From assembly GCA_009777795.1 (NCBI GenBank), contig WRLC01000001.1, positions 61,509 to 125,508 on the forward strand: a stretch of DNA of 64,000 bases, read 5' to 3'. The position numbers and the translations under genes are program-made. The stretch's first letter is position 1; the number at the start of each line of letters is the position of its first letter. The DNA is from Candidatus Saccharimonadota bacterium. Its GTDB lineage: Bacteria; Patescibacteriota; Saccharimonadia; Saccharimonadales; Saccharimonadaceae. Below are positions 27,969 through 36,326 of the stretch, piece by piece. The notes beneath the pieces are model-generated. The model saw only the letters and a list, made by a program, of their open reading frames with translations, ran no database searches and was not told where the DNA came from.

Positions 27969-28041
27969 TGGAATAAGTATAGTATAATAGAGGGGCAGTT
28001 GGGCGAACATTCAAATCATATAGTTAGAAGGAGGAACACCT

Positions 28042-29517
28042 ATGAGACAGATTATTATCCTTGCAACGTCAGCAACGCTGGCAGACTATCAGAGAACTCT
28101 AATGGGGGGGGGCGTTTACAGGCTGCTGCCTGAAGACTTTCAGAACGCTGACCTTGTAATCCCGGCAGAGGACCTACCGCGCTACTCGACTTTGGCGCGC
28201 GGGCACAATACGCGCGAGACGACCAGTTGGGAAGCTGAACGCGAGCACAACGCGCGGAAGATTTTGCAACACATTAACGCCACAGACGTCTATTTTGACG
28301 ACGGGGGCGAGCATGACAATATCGGCACCAGCGCAATTTATGGAGCTGGGCTGACGTTGTCGATTGTAAAGACGGACAAAGCGTTGGCTTTGGATTGCCC
28401 GAGCGGCTCGGAGCGAGCGGCGCTTGGCGTCGCCTTGGAGTTGAAAGAGTTCTTCAAGGGTAGACGTGAAGTTTTGGTGGCGTATTGCGACCGGTTTGAC
28501 CGCTTAATCCAGATGTTTTGTAAAAAACACGGGTTGGAGTGCGTCAATATACCGCAACCGCGGTTTGCCAGCCGCTATCAAGGAGCGACGGAGGCATTTT
28601 GCGACGTTGATACATTTGAGCAGGCTGGCAATCAAGGCGACTGGAAAATCCCGCTGGATAAAATCACGATTTGGGACGAACAGGCGGAGGCGATGCGGCC
28701 GATTGGCAAGATGACGAGGAACGAGTACTTGTTGCTACAGAATGCGAACCGGCCGAAATCGACGCTTTTGGGTCGATTCAATGGCGAGATGGTTGAGGCG
28801 ATTCTCCAGCCGGTGAGAGTGTTTGGCGTGATGCCTATGGGCGTGCGACAGAAATTCATGATAGACGCGCTGACGAACGAACCGAAAAACCGAGTGGTAA
28901 TTGTTGAAGGCTTGGCGGGAGTAGGCAAGACATTGCTCGCGGCGGCTGCGGCCTATCAATTGGTACAGGATGGTGAATTCGCGCGGATTATATATCTGAA
29001 GAACAACACGGAAGTGTCGGACAAAGAGGGCTTTTTGCCCGGCACACAGGAACAGAAGTGCGACCATTATTTCCGGGCGATTTATCAGGCAATTGCGCGG
29101 GTGGCAGAGATTCGAAACAAAGATGAAGGCTTTAAGAAAGCGATGTCGGCCAGCCCGGTGGAAATTGGGCGGACGCTAGCAAGGCAGCAAGGCAGTCAAT
29201 TTGAGATGACAGTTGACACCATCAATGATGAGCGCGGGACGACGTACGATAATTCAGTGCTGATTATTGATGAGGCGCAGAACTTTTCGCCAAATCAGTT
29301 GAGGACAGTGATTAGCCGTTCGGGTCGGGATTCATTGACGATTGTTCTGGGTGATATTTCCCAGATTGACGGCGAGGCGAATGGGTACCACAATGGCTTG
29401 ACGCAGGCGATGAACCGATTGCGTGGGGCGGAGAATGTTTATGTGCTTCGTTTGCTGGATCCGCAGGCAGTGCAGCGCGGCACGATTGCGCGGACGGTGG
29501 CCGAACTCTGGCCGTAA
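28042..29517 (+). CDS. PhoH-like P-loop ATPase with unknown ~250-aa N-terminal domain
   Basis: Strong AAGGAGG SD. Walker A VEGLAGVGKTLLA and Walker B VLIIDEAQN. The C-terminal half is PhoH/YlaK-like. Contains a G9 tract at 28104-28112. Confidence 0.65.
   Translation: MRQIIILATSATLADYQRTLMGGGVYRLLPEDFQNADLVIPAEDLPRYSTLARGHNTRETTSWEAEREHNARKILQHINATDVYFDDGGEHDNIGTSAIYGAGLTLSIVKTDKALALDCPSGSERAALGVALELKEFFKGRREVLVAYCDRFDRLIQMFCKKHGLECVNIPQPRFASRYQGATEAFCDVDTFEQAGNQGDWKIPLDKITIWDEQAEAMRPIGKMTRNEYLLLQNANRPKSTLLGRFNGEMVEAILQPVRVFGVMPMGVRQKFMIDALTNEPKNRVVIVEGLAGVGKTLLAAAAAYQLVQDGEFARIIYLKNNTEVSDKEGFLPGTQEQKCDHYFRAIYQAIARVAEIRNKDEGFKKAMSASPVEIGRTLARQQGSQFEMTVDTINDERGTTYDNSVLIIDEAQNFSPNQLRTVISRSGRDSLTIVLGDISQIDGEANGYHNGLTQAMNRLRGAENVYVLRLLDPQAVQRGTIARTVAELWP
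28104..28112 (+). repeat. Homopolymeric G9 tract inside the PhoH-like CDS (codons 21-24)
   Basis: Sequence ctaatGGGGGGGGGcgtt read directly. Confidence 0.9.
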
Positions 29518-29526
29518 AACTATATG

Positions 29527-29563
29527 CAAAAACTAGCCAAGAGTGAATATTGGCTAGTTTTTT
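29527..29563. terminator. Bidirectional intrinsic terminator between convergent PhoH-like and yebC genes
   Basis: AAAAA-CTAGCCAA-gagtgaata-TTGGCTAG-TTTTTT: an 8-bp stem flanked by A- and T-runs. Confidence 0.6.
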
Positions 29564-29582
29564 ATTGTTTAACTTAAAAAAA

Positions 29583-30125
29583 TTAGGCGAGGTTGGTGTG
29601 GAGGTTTTGGACGTCGTCGTGGTCGTCGAGTGTGTCAAGGAGGGTGTCGGCGGCTGCGGCGTCGGCTTCGGATAGGTCAATGGGGAAATTGGGGACGTAT
29701 TGCAGTTCGCCGTCTTCGGTTTGTTTGGTAAATTGGTAGAGGACGGCGGCGACGTCGACGAGAGTAGCGCCGTTTTTAGCGAGGATGGATTTGATTTCGG
29801 GGAGGGTGCGGTTGCGGTTATCGGTAGCGACTTGGATGAGGATAGCGAGGCCGCCGGGGCCGTAGGCGGCGTAGAGTTCCTCGGTGAGGGCGGCGGCGGA
29901 TTTGTCAGCGGCGCGTTCGATGGCGCGTTTGATATTATCATTTGGCATATTGGCGGCCTTGGCTTTGTCGATAGCGAGAGCGAGGGCGGGGTTGGTGGTG
30001 GGATCGGAGCCGTTTCTAGCGGCAATGGCAATCATGTTGCCGATTTTGGTGAAGATTTTGCCGCGTTTAGCGTCAACGACGGCCTTTTGTCTTTTAGTCG
30101 TCGCCCATTTACTATGTCCTGCCAT
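29583..30125 (-). CDS. yebC: YebC/PmpR-family transcriptional regulator (short, 180 aa)
   Basis: The real start is MAGHSKWATTKRQKAVVDAKRGKIFTK at 30125. The track ORF extends to 30266 without support. Confidence 0.8.
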   Translation of the reverse strand: MAGHSKWATTKRQKAVVDAKRGKIFTKIGNMIAIAARNGSDPTTNPALALAIDKAKAANMPNDNIKRAIERAADKSAAALTEELYAAYGPGGLAILIQVATDNRNRTLPEIKSILAKNGATLVDVAAVLYQFTKQTEDGELQYVPNFPIDLSEADAAAADTLLDTLDDHDDVQNLHTNLA

Positions 30126-30237
30126 AAAAAGAGTATAGCATATTTTGGCGAGATATGATATACTGGGAGGGTAATGGAGGCAGATCTGGTTGCCTGAAAC
30201 AGACGGGCTACTTAATTTGCTTCCAGAAAGGAAGAAA

Positions 30238-32352
30238 ATGATTAAAAATCCTAACGGTAAGGACATTATTAGCGTGAAGACCGAGTGGTTGGGGCGGGAG
30301 TTAAGCTTAGAGGTAAACCGAGTGGGGTTTCGTTCGACGGCATCGGTTTTGGTGCGTTATGGTGATACGGTGGTGCTAGGGACGGCGCAAGTTGGCCGGC
30401 AGGTGGAGCAGGACTTTTTCCCGCTGTCGGTGGATTATGAAGAAAAGTTTTATGCGGCAGGCAAGATTTCAGGCTCGCGCTTTATCAAGCGTGAGGGTAG
30501 GCCGAGCGATGAGGCGGTGTTGATTGGGCGCTTGATTGACCGGCCAATTCGGCCGCTCTTTCCGAAGGGCTATCGGCAAGAAGTACAGGTGGTGGCAACG
30601 GTATTGTCGATGGATCCCAACTTCCGTCCAGATATGATAGGGATGATTGCGGCGTCGAGCGCGTTGATGCTGACAGGCACACCGTTTGACGGGCCGGTGG
30701 CGGGTTTGCGCTTGGGCCGAGTGAAGGGCGAGTTCAAGGCATTTTTGAGCCCCGAAGAGCGGGCGGAGAGCGACCTTGATTTGGTAGTGGCCGGTGTGGA
30801 AAAAGGCATTACGATGGTGGAATCGGCGGCGCGCGAGGTGAGCGAAGAAGAAGTTGTAAAGGGTCTGGTGTGGGCTTACGAAAACTACCAGCCGGTGATT
30901 AAATTGCAGCAAGAGCTGGCGAAAAAGGTGGCGCCGGAAGCACAGGAATATGAGTTGGTTTTGCCAAACGAGGATATTCAGAAGGCGGTTGACTCGTGGA
31001 TTGAGGATAAGCTGGGTGTGGAGTCGCACAAGCCATATCCGGAGCGGAATGAATTTATCAAGAAGCTACGTGAGCAGATGCGGACGGAATTGTTTGAGAA
31101 TATGGGTGTGGATGAGGACGACGAGAAGCGCAACGAATATGAAGAGGCGTTTACTTTGGCGGTACATAAAGACGTGCGGCGAGGGATTGTTGAAGACAAC
31201 GAACGCCCGGACGGTCGGAAGTTGGATGAAATCCGCGAATTGTCGAGTGAGGTTGGATTCTTGCCACGAGCGCATGGATCGAGCTTGTTTACTCGTGGAA
31301 TTACTCAGGCGATGAACATTGTGACTTTGGCGCCACTGAGTTTCGCGCAGATTGTGGACACGATGGAAGTAACGGATGGCGAGCGGCGATATATGCACCA
31401 TTATAATGCGCCAAAATATACGGTGGGCGAAGTTGGGCGGCTGGGTTCGCCGGGCCGACGAGAGATTGGACACGGCTACTTGGCGGAGCGGGCGTTGCTC
31501 GCGGTACTGCCAACGACGGAAGATTTCCCCTATGCGATTCGCAGCGTGACGGAAATCATGAGCCAGAACGGTTCGACGTCGCAAGCGGCGGTTTGCTCGA
31601 GCTGTATGGCGTTGATGGATGCGGGTGTGCCGATTAAGGGCGCGGTGTCGGGAATTGCGATGGGGCTAATGATGGACGGCGAGAAGCCGTATGTGCTAAG
31701 CGACATTGCCGACGCGGAAGATTTTGCGGGTGATATGGACTTCAAGGTGGCGGGAACGGCGAAGGGTATTACGGCTTTGCAGATGGATATGAAAGTACAT
31801 GGTCTGCCGGTGAAAGTGCTGGAGCAGGCGATTATGCAAAGTAAGTCCGGGCGTTTGGCAATCTTAGAGCATATGGTGTCAGTGATTAAGACGCCGCGGG
31901 CGAAGATTAGCGATTATGCGCCGAAAATTGAAAAAGTGAAGATTAACCCAGAGAAGATTGGTACGGTAATCGGCAAGGGCGGTGAGACGATTAACAAGAT
32001 TACGGCCGAGACGGGCGCGCAGATTGACATTGCGGACGACGGCTTGGTGACGATTGCGGGAGTAGACCCGGCGTCGATTGCGAAAGCAGTGGAGTGGGTG
32101 AAGGGCTTGGTTGAAGAGCCGGAAGTTGGCAAGATCTACAAGGGTCAGGTGGTCGGTATCAAGGAATTTGGCGCGTTTGTGAACATTTTGCCGGGTGTTG
32201 ATGGGATGCTACATATCTCGCGGATTAGCGACAAACGGCTGGATAAGGTGGAAGATGCGCTGAAGATGGGGCAGGAAGTCTACGTGTTGCTAGAAGCGAT
32301 TGACGATCGAGGGCGACTGAGCTTGACGATGAAAAACGTGCCGCAGGTATGA
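30238..32352 (+). CDS. pnp: Polyribonucleotide nucleotidyltransferase (PNPase)
   Basis: AGGAAG SD precedes ATG 30238. Two RNase PH domains, a KH domain (IGKGGETINKI) and an S1 domain (GQVVGIKEFGAFVNILPGVDGMLHIS). Confidence 0.9.
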   Translation: MIKNPNGKDIISVKTEWLGRELSLEVNRVGFRSTASVLVRYGDTVVLGTAQVGRQVEQDFFPLSVDYEEKFYAAGKISGSRFIKREGRPSDEAVLIGRLIDRPIRPLFPKGYRQEVQVVATVLSMDPNFRPDMIGMIAASSALMLTGTPFDGPVAGLRLGRVKGEFKAFLSPEERAESDLDLVVAGVEKGITMVESAAREVSEEEVVKGLVWAYENYQPVIKLQQELAKKVAPEAQEYELVLPNEDIQKAVDSWIEDKLGVESHKPYPERNEFIKKLREQMRTELFENMGVDEDDEKRNEYEEAFTLAVHKDVRRGIVEDNERPDGRKLDEIRELSSEVGFLPRAHGSSLFTRGITQAMNIVTLAPLSFAQIVDTMEVTDGERRYMHHYNAPKYTVGEVGRLGSPGRREIGHGYLAERALLAVLPTTEDFPYAIRSVTEIMSQNGSTSQAAVCSSCMALMDAGVPIKGAVSGIAMGLMMDGEKPYVLSDIADAEDFAGDMDFKVAGTAKGITALQMDMKVHGLPVKVLEQAIMQSKSGRLAILEHMVSVIKTPRAKISDYAPKIEKVKINPEKIGTVIGKGGETINKITAETGAQIDIADDGLVTIAGVDPASIAKAVEWVKGLVEEPEVGKIYKGQVVGIKEFGAFVNILPGVDGMLHISRISDKRLDKVEDALKMGQEVYVLLEAIDDRGRLSLTMKNVPQV

Positions 32353-32810
32353 AGCTAGAGACCGAGGGCTTTGAGTGGCCATTCCAGCGGGCTCTGGAAT
32401 GGTCGCTGATGCGGCCGCGTTCGGCGAAGGAGCTGGATGACTACTTGGGGAGGAAAACTTGGAAAATGGCCGACAAGGTTAGAGAGCGGTTGCTGGAAAG
32501 AGGTTATGTTAACGATGAGAAATTTACGCGTTGGTTTGTGGAGACGCGGCGGCAGCGCAAGGGCGTGAGTCGGCGGCGGCTGCTTTTGGAGCTACACCAA
32601 AAGGGTATCAGGCAAGCGATGGCGGAAAGGGTGATGGAAGAGCTAGCGACGGACGGCTTAGGGCGGGACGACAAGGCCGAAATCGAGAAAGTAATTGCCA
32701 AAAAGCGGGCGAAATATAATGATGCGGAGTTGGTGCAGTATTTGATGCGGCAGGGGTTTGGCTATTCGGACGCGGTAGACGCAGTGGCAGGAAGAGCGGA
32801 TTTGGCGTAG
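32349..32810 (+). CDS. recX: RecX-like regulatory protein
   Basis: RSAKELDDYL, LLERGYVNDEKFTRWFVETRRQRKGVSRRRLLLELHQKGI and repeated three-helix modules. Confidence 0.65.
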   Translation: MKLETEGFEWPFQRALEWSLMRPRSAKELDDYLGRKTWKMADKVRERLLERGYVNDEKFTRWFVETRRQRKGVSRRRLLLELHQKGIRQAMAERVMEELATDGLGRDDKAEIEKVIAKKRAKYNDAELVQYLMRQGFGYSDAVDAVAGRADLA

Positions 32811-33298
32811 GCGTCGGCGACGATAAGTTGGCGATTGGTGAGCTCGAGAATTTGTTGGCGGTTGATGGCGAGCTCGGGCAAGAAGCCGGAAAAGAGGCCG
32901 CGTTTGACAACAATTTGGAAGACAGCAAAGGAAGTGTCGTCGATGACGAAATCTTCGACGGAGCCGAGTTTTTGCGAGGCGAGTTTTTTGGCGCCTTGGG
33001 TGCGGACGGGGAGCTTAAGGAGCTCGAAGCCGAGATCGACGACTTCTTGTAGGCGTGGTAGCTCGGATAGTTTGGAGATGGCGTCGGTGTCGGTGAAGAA
33101 AATGCCGTGGCGGAGGTTGATTTCGTCAATACTGGTGCTGACCATGTAGCTGCTCTCTTTCTCAGCGGTGGTGAGGCGGAGGGCGGCGAGGGTGAAAGAG
33201 CGGGGGTCGATGATGAGCTTTTCGACGATGGCGAGAGTTTCGCCGCTGCGGGCTTCGCGAACGGGCAAACCGATGAGGCCGGAGTTATAATATAACAT
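32762..33298 (-). CDS. Tandem PRC-barrel-like domain protein
   Basis: LIGLPVREARSGETLAIVEKLIIDP and KLGSVEDFVIDD repeats resemble PRC-barrel modules. 49-nt convergent overlap with recX. Confidence 0.4.
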   Translation of the reverse strand: MLYYNSGLIGLPVREARSGETLAIVEKLIIDPRSFTLAALRLTTAEKESSYMVSTSIDEINLRHGIFFTDTDAISKLSELPRLQEVVDLGFELLKLPVRTQGAKKLASQKLGSVEDFVIDDTSFAVFQIVVKRGLFSGFLPELAINRQQILELTNRQLIVADAYAKSALPATASTASE

Positions 33299-33323
33299 GG
33301 CTTTATTATATCATACTACAAAG

Positions 33324-34598
33324 CTAGAGCGGTTTAACTTGGTAGGTCTGGCTTTGGACCTCTTGGTCGCCGATGACGGCGACGTTTTTGGCGCCGGACT
33401 TGTTGGCGTATTCCATTTTTTTGCTAAGTGAGCGGTCGGCAAAGAGGATGTCGGTGGTTTGGCCGCTGGCTTGGGCGAGCTTGGCGGAAGCGATGGCGAA
33501 GGCCGAGGCGGCTTGGTAGGCGGCTGGGTCATCGCCGATGGGGAGAAAGAGGAGGTCGACGCCGAGGCGGGTTTGGGCTTCGGGCTGGATGAGGCCGAGT
33601 TCGACGAGGACTTGGTAGAGGCGAGAGAGGCCGATGCTGGCGCCGACGCCCTCGAACTTTTCGCTAGAGTAGTTGGAGACGAGGTTGTCATAGCGGCCGC
33701 CGCTCATGATGCTGCCGTAGGATTCGGAGCCTTTGATGTTGGTTTCAAAGACGGTACCGGTGTAGTAGTCGAGGCCGCGGACGATGGCGAGGTCGAGGAT
33801 GACGTTTTTGACTTGGCGGGTTTGGAGGTTGCTGGTAAGAGTCTTGAGCTCGGCGATGCCGGTTAGGAAGTCAGGGGTGGTGATGTCTAGTTGGTCGAGC
33901 TTGGCGAAGACAGAATCGGCGTCGCCTCGTAGCTCGATGAAATTTTTGATTTGGTCGAATTGCCCGGCGCTGACGCCGTATTTTTGCAGCTCGGCTTGGA
34001 AGTCGGCGGCGGAGATTTTCTCGGCGTCGTCGATGACTTTACGGACTTTGAGGGCGCTTTCGCCGAGGCCGAGGCTCTCGAGAAAGCCGGTGAGAAGTTT
34101 GCGATTGGCGAGACGGATGACGAACTCGGCCCGCCCGGCGAAAAGTTGGCTGTAGATGGTGTCGACAAGGGCGATGCATTCGGCGTCGTACTCGAGCGGC
34201 AGGGTGCCGCGGGCGATGACGTCGGCGTCGCATTGGTAGAATTCGCGGAGGCGGCCTTTGCCGGTTTTTTCGCCGCGGTAGACTTTGTTAATCTGGGAGA
34301 TTTTGAGCGGGAAGGCGAGTTCGCGTTGGTTGCCTGCGACAAAGAGGGCGAGTGGGACGGTCAAGTCGAAGCGAAGGGCGAGCTTGGCGTCGCCTTTTTC
34401 GAGCTGGTAGACTTGTTTGTCGGTCTCGCCACCGGATTTGGCGAGCAAGGCATCGGCGCGATAAATGAGTGGCGCGTCGTAGGTGCGGAAACCGCTTTGG
34501 AGGTGAGCAGCTTGAATCAGATGTTTGATGCGGTCGAATTCGGTTTGTTGATTGGGCCTAAGGCTTAAAAAGCCGGCTAGTTCTTGATATTGTTTCAT
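33324..34598 (-). CDS. hisS: Histidyl-tRNA synthetase
   Basis: Contains RFDLTVPLA, FYQCDADV, RGLDYYTGTVFE, GGRYDNL and a C-terminal anticodon-binding domain. Confidence 0.85.
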   Translation of the reverse strand: MKQYQELAGFLSLRPNQQTEFDRIKHLIQAAHLQSGFRTYDAPLIYRADALLAKSGGETDKQVYQLEKGDAKLALRFDLTVPLALFVAGNQRELAFPLKISQINKVYRGEKTGKGRLREFYQCDADVIARGTLPLEYDAECIALVDTIYSQLFAGRAEFVIRLANRKLLTGFLESLGLGESALKVRKVIDDAEKISAADFQAELQKYGVSAGQFDQIKNFIELRGDADSVFAKLDQLDITTPDFLTGIAELKTLTSNLQTRQVKNVILDLAIVRGLDYYTGTVFETNIKGSESYGSIMSGGRYDNLVSNYSSEKFEGVGASIGLSRLYQVLVELGLIQPEAQTRLGVDLLFLPIGDDPAAYQAASAFAIASAKLAQASGQTTDILFADRSLSKKMEYANKSGAKNVAVIGDQEVQSQTYQVKPL

Positions 34599-34607
34599 AG
34601 CTCTCCT

Positions 34608-34970
34608 TTAATATATTATAACATAGTCTTGAACGGTGAAGCTACCATTGACGTAAGCGGCGGCGAGGAGGGGTTGGAGGCGGGCAAATTGGGGGCGTTG
34701 CTGCAAGAAGAACTCGGCGGCGCGGTGCATTTGGTGGAGTTTGGCAGGGGTGATGGCGGCGAGGCCGTCGCCAAAGTCCGGACTCTGGCGCATTTTGACC
34801 TCTGTGAAGTAGATCTCGGTGGTGCCGGATTGGTTGGGGGCGAGAGAGATGAGGTCGATCTCGCAAGTTTTAGTGCGCCAGTTTCTGGCAATGATTTGGT
34901 GATGGCGCTTGGCAAGCCAAGTGGCGACCGCGGCTTCGGCGCGCTGGCCGATGGCGGTGGTGTTTTTCAT
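34608..34970 (-). CDS. YraN-family (UPF0102) endonuclease-like protein
   Basis: GQRAEAAVATWLAKRHHQIIARNWR..CEIDLI....FTEVKMR follows the YraN pattern. Confidence 0.6.
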   Translation of the reverse strand: MKNTTAIGQRAEAAVATWLAKRHHQIIARNWRTKTCEIDLISLAPNQSGTTEIYFTEVKMRQSPDFGDGLAAITPAKLHQMHRAAEFFLQQRPQFARLQPLLAAAYVNGSFTVQDYVIIY

Positions 34971-35476
34971 TACTCGGTGGATTCGGTGGCTTCTTCGGTA
35001 GGGCCGGATGCTTCCTCGGCCTTGGTTTCGGGGGAGTTTTCTTCGCTTTCGAGGACGGCTTCGGCTTCGCTGTTGGCCTCGGCGGCTTCAGTAGGGGTTT
35101 CGCCGATGAGCTCGTTAGCGGCGGCGCGGTCGAATTGGGTGGCGGTGAGGCGGGTGGATTTGCCGACGCGCTTACGCATGTAGGTCAAGAAATTGCGGCG
35201 GACTTTGCCGCGAGCGGTGATTTCGATTTTGGTGATGAGCGGGCTGTGGAGGAGGAAGCTCTTTTCAACCCCGATGCCGCTAGAGATTTTGCGGACGGTG
35301 AAGCTGGCGGTGTGGGAGCCGAGGTTCTTGGTGTTGATGACGGTGCCCTGAAACATCTGGACGCGTTCTTTCTCGCCCTCTTTGATTTTCTGGTAGACTT
35401 TGACGGTGTCGCCAGTTTGAAGGGCGATTACGGCGCGCTTCTGGCTGTCGCCAACTTGCTTAATTAATTCACTCAT
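34970..35476 (-). CDS. rplS: 50S ribosomal protein L19 with acidic C-terminal extension
   Basis: LQTGDTVKVYQKIKEGEKERVQMFQGTVI and FTVRKISSGIGVEKSFLLHSPLITKIEI. About 50 extra E/A/T-rich residues at the C-terminus. Confidence 0.85.
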   Translation of the reverse strand: MSELIKQVGDSQKRAVIALQTGDTVKVYQKIKEGEKERVQMFQGTVINTKNLGSHTASFTVRKISSGIGVEKSFLLHSPLITKIEITARGKVRRNFLTYMRKRVGKSTRLTATQFDRAAANELIGETPTEAAEANSEAEAVLESEENSPETKAEEASGPTEEATESTE

Positions 35477-35532
35477 GTTGCTATTTTATCACAGATGTGG
35501 AGAAAATGCAAGAGGAGAAATGGGGAAAAGTG

Positions 35533-35541
35533 TGATACAAT
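35533..35541 (+). promoter_or_regulatory. Extended -10 promoter element
   Basis: TGaTACAAT ends 6 nt before ATG 35548. No SD. Confidence 0.4.
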
Positions 35542-35547
35542 GTATAT

Positions 35548-36054
35548 ATGAAATTTCGGAAGACGAGTGGCTGGTTTTTAGGTTTGGCGGCGGTTGGCGT
35601 GGCGGCGGTGCTGCTGGCGGTGGGGGCGCTGAACGCCCGGGCGGACGATAACTCGGGGACGTGCGATGATTTGAAACAGACGGCGAAAAACCAGCTGGAA
35701 AAGGACGCGGCGTTGCAGTCGGCGCTGTGGCAGCGGTATGACCATATGCTCAGTGGCCTGATGCGGCCGATGAATGCGCGGTTGATTTTGAATGGGCGGT
35801 CGATTGGCGAGCTAGCGAAAATTACGGACGACTATGCGGGCGAGCTGATGAATTTTGGTGCGACGTTTGCGAATTATCGGGATGCGGTGGACGAGTTTCT
35901 GACGACAAAATGTGATGAAAATGCGCCGGACACAGCGAGGGAGATTGGCAGTTTGCGGGAGAATATGGTGTCGTCAAAAACGCGGCTGGATGGGTTGCTG
36001 GAGTCGTATCGTGATTGGATAGTGACGGAAAGTGAGCAGTTCCAATGGAAGTAG
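35548..36054 (+). CDS. Secreted hypothetical protein
   Basis: Signal peptide WFLGLAAVGVAAVLLAVGALNARA followed by helical content. No family recognised. Confidence 0.45.
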   Translation: MKFRKTSGWFLGLAAVGVAAVLLAVGALNARADDNSGTCDDLKQTAKNQLEKDAALQSALWQRYDHMLSGLMRPMNARLILNGRSIGELAKITDDYAGELMNFGATFANYRDAVDEFLTTKCDENAPDTAREIGSLRENMVSSKTRLDGLLESYRDWIVTESEQFQWK

Positions 36055-36326
36055 ACGAGGGGATGAGCGGTGGCAGGCGGTTGACGCTGGTGGTGTTTGG
36101 GGCGATTGCGGTGGGGATTGGGATGGTGGCGGTGTCGCTGGCAATCTACTATCGGTCGGGGGCGTATTTGGCGGATTCGTCGCGCGTGGGAGCGGAGAGG
36201 CAGTTGCCGGTGGGCGATGATTGGGAGTTTGAAGCCGTCGGTCCACTTGACAAAGATACGTTTTCATTGTTTATTGACCACTTTGACGTCAACTTCAAGG
36301 CCGTGATACGGCATAATTTTGACTAA
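36045..36326 (+). CDS. Small single-pass membrane protein, hypothetical
   Basis: 10-nt overlap with the upstream ORF. TM helix LTLVVFGAIAVGIGMVAVSLAIYY. Confidence 0.35.
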   Translation: MEVDEGMSGGRRLTLVVFGAIAVGIGMVAVSLAIYYRSGAYLADSSRVGAERQLPVGDDWEFEAVGPLDKDTFSLFIDHFDVNFKAVIRHNFD

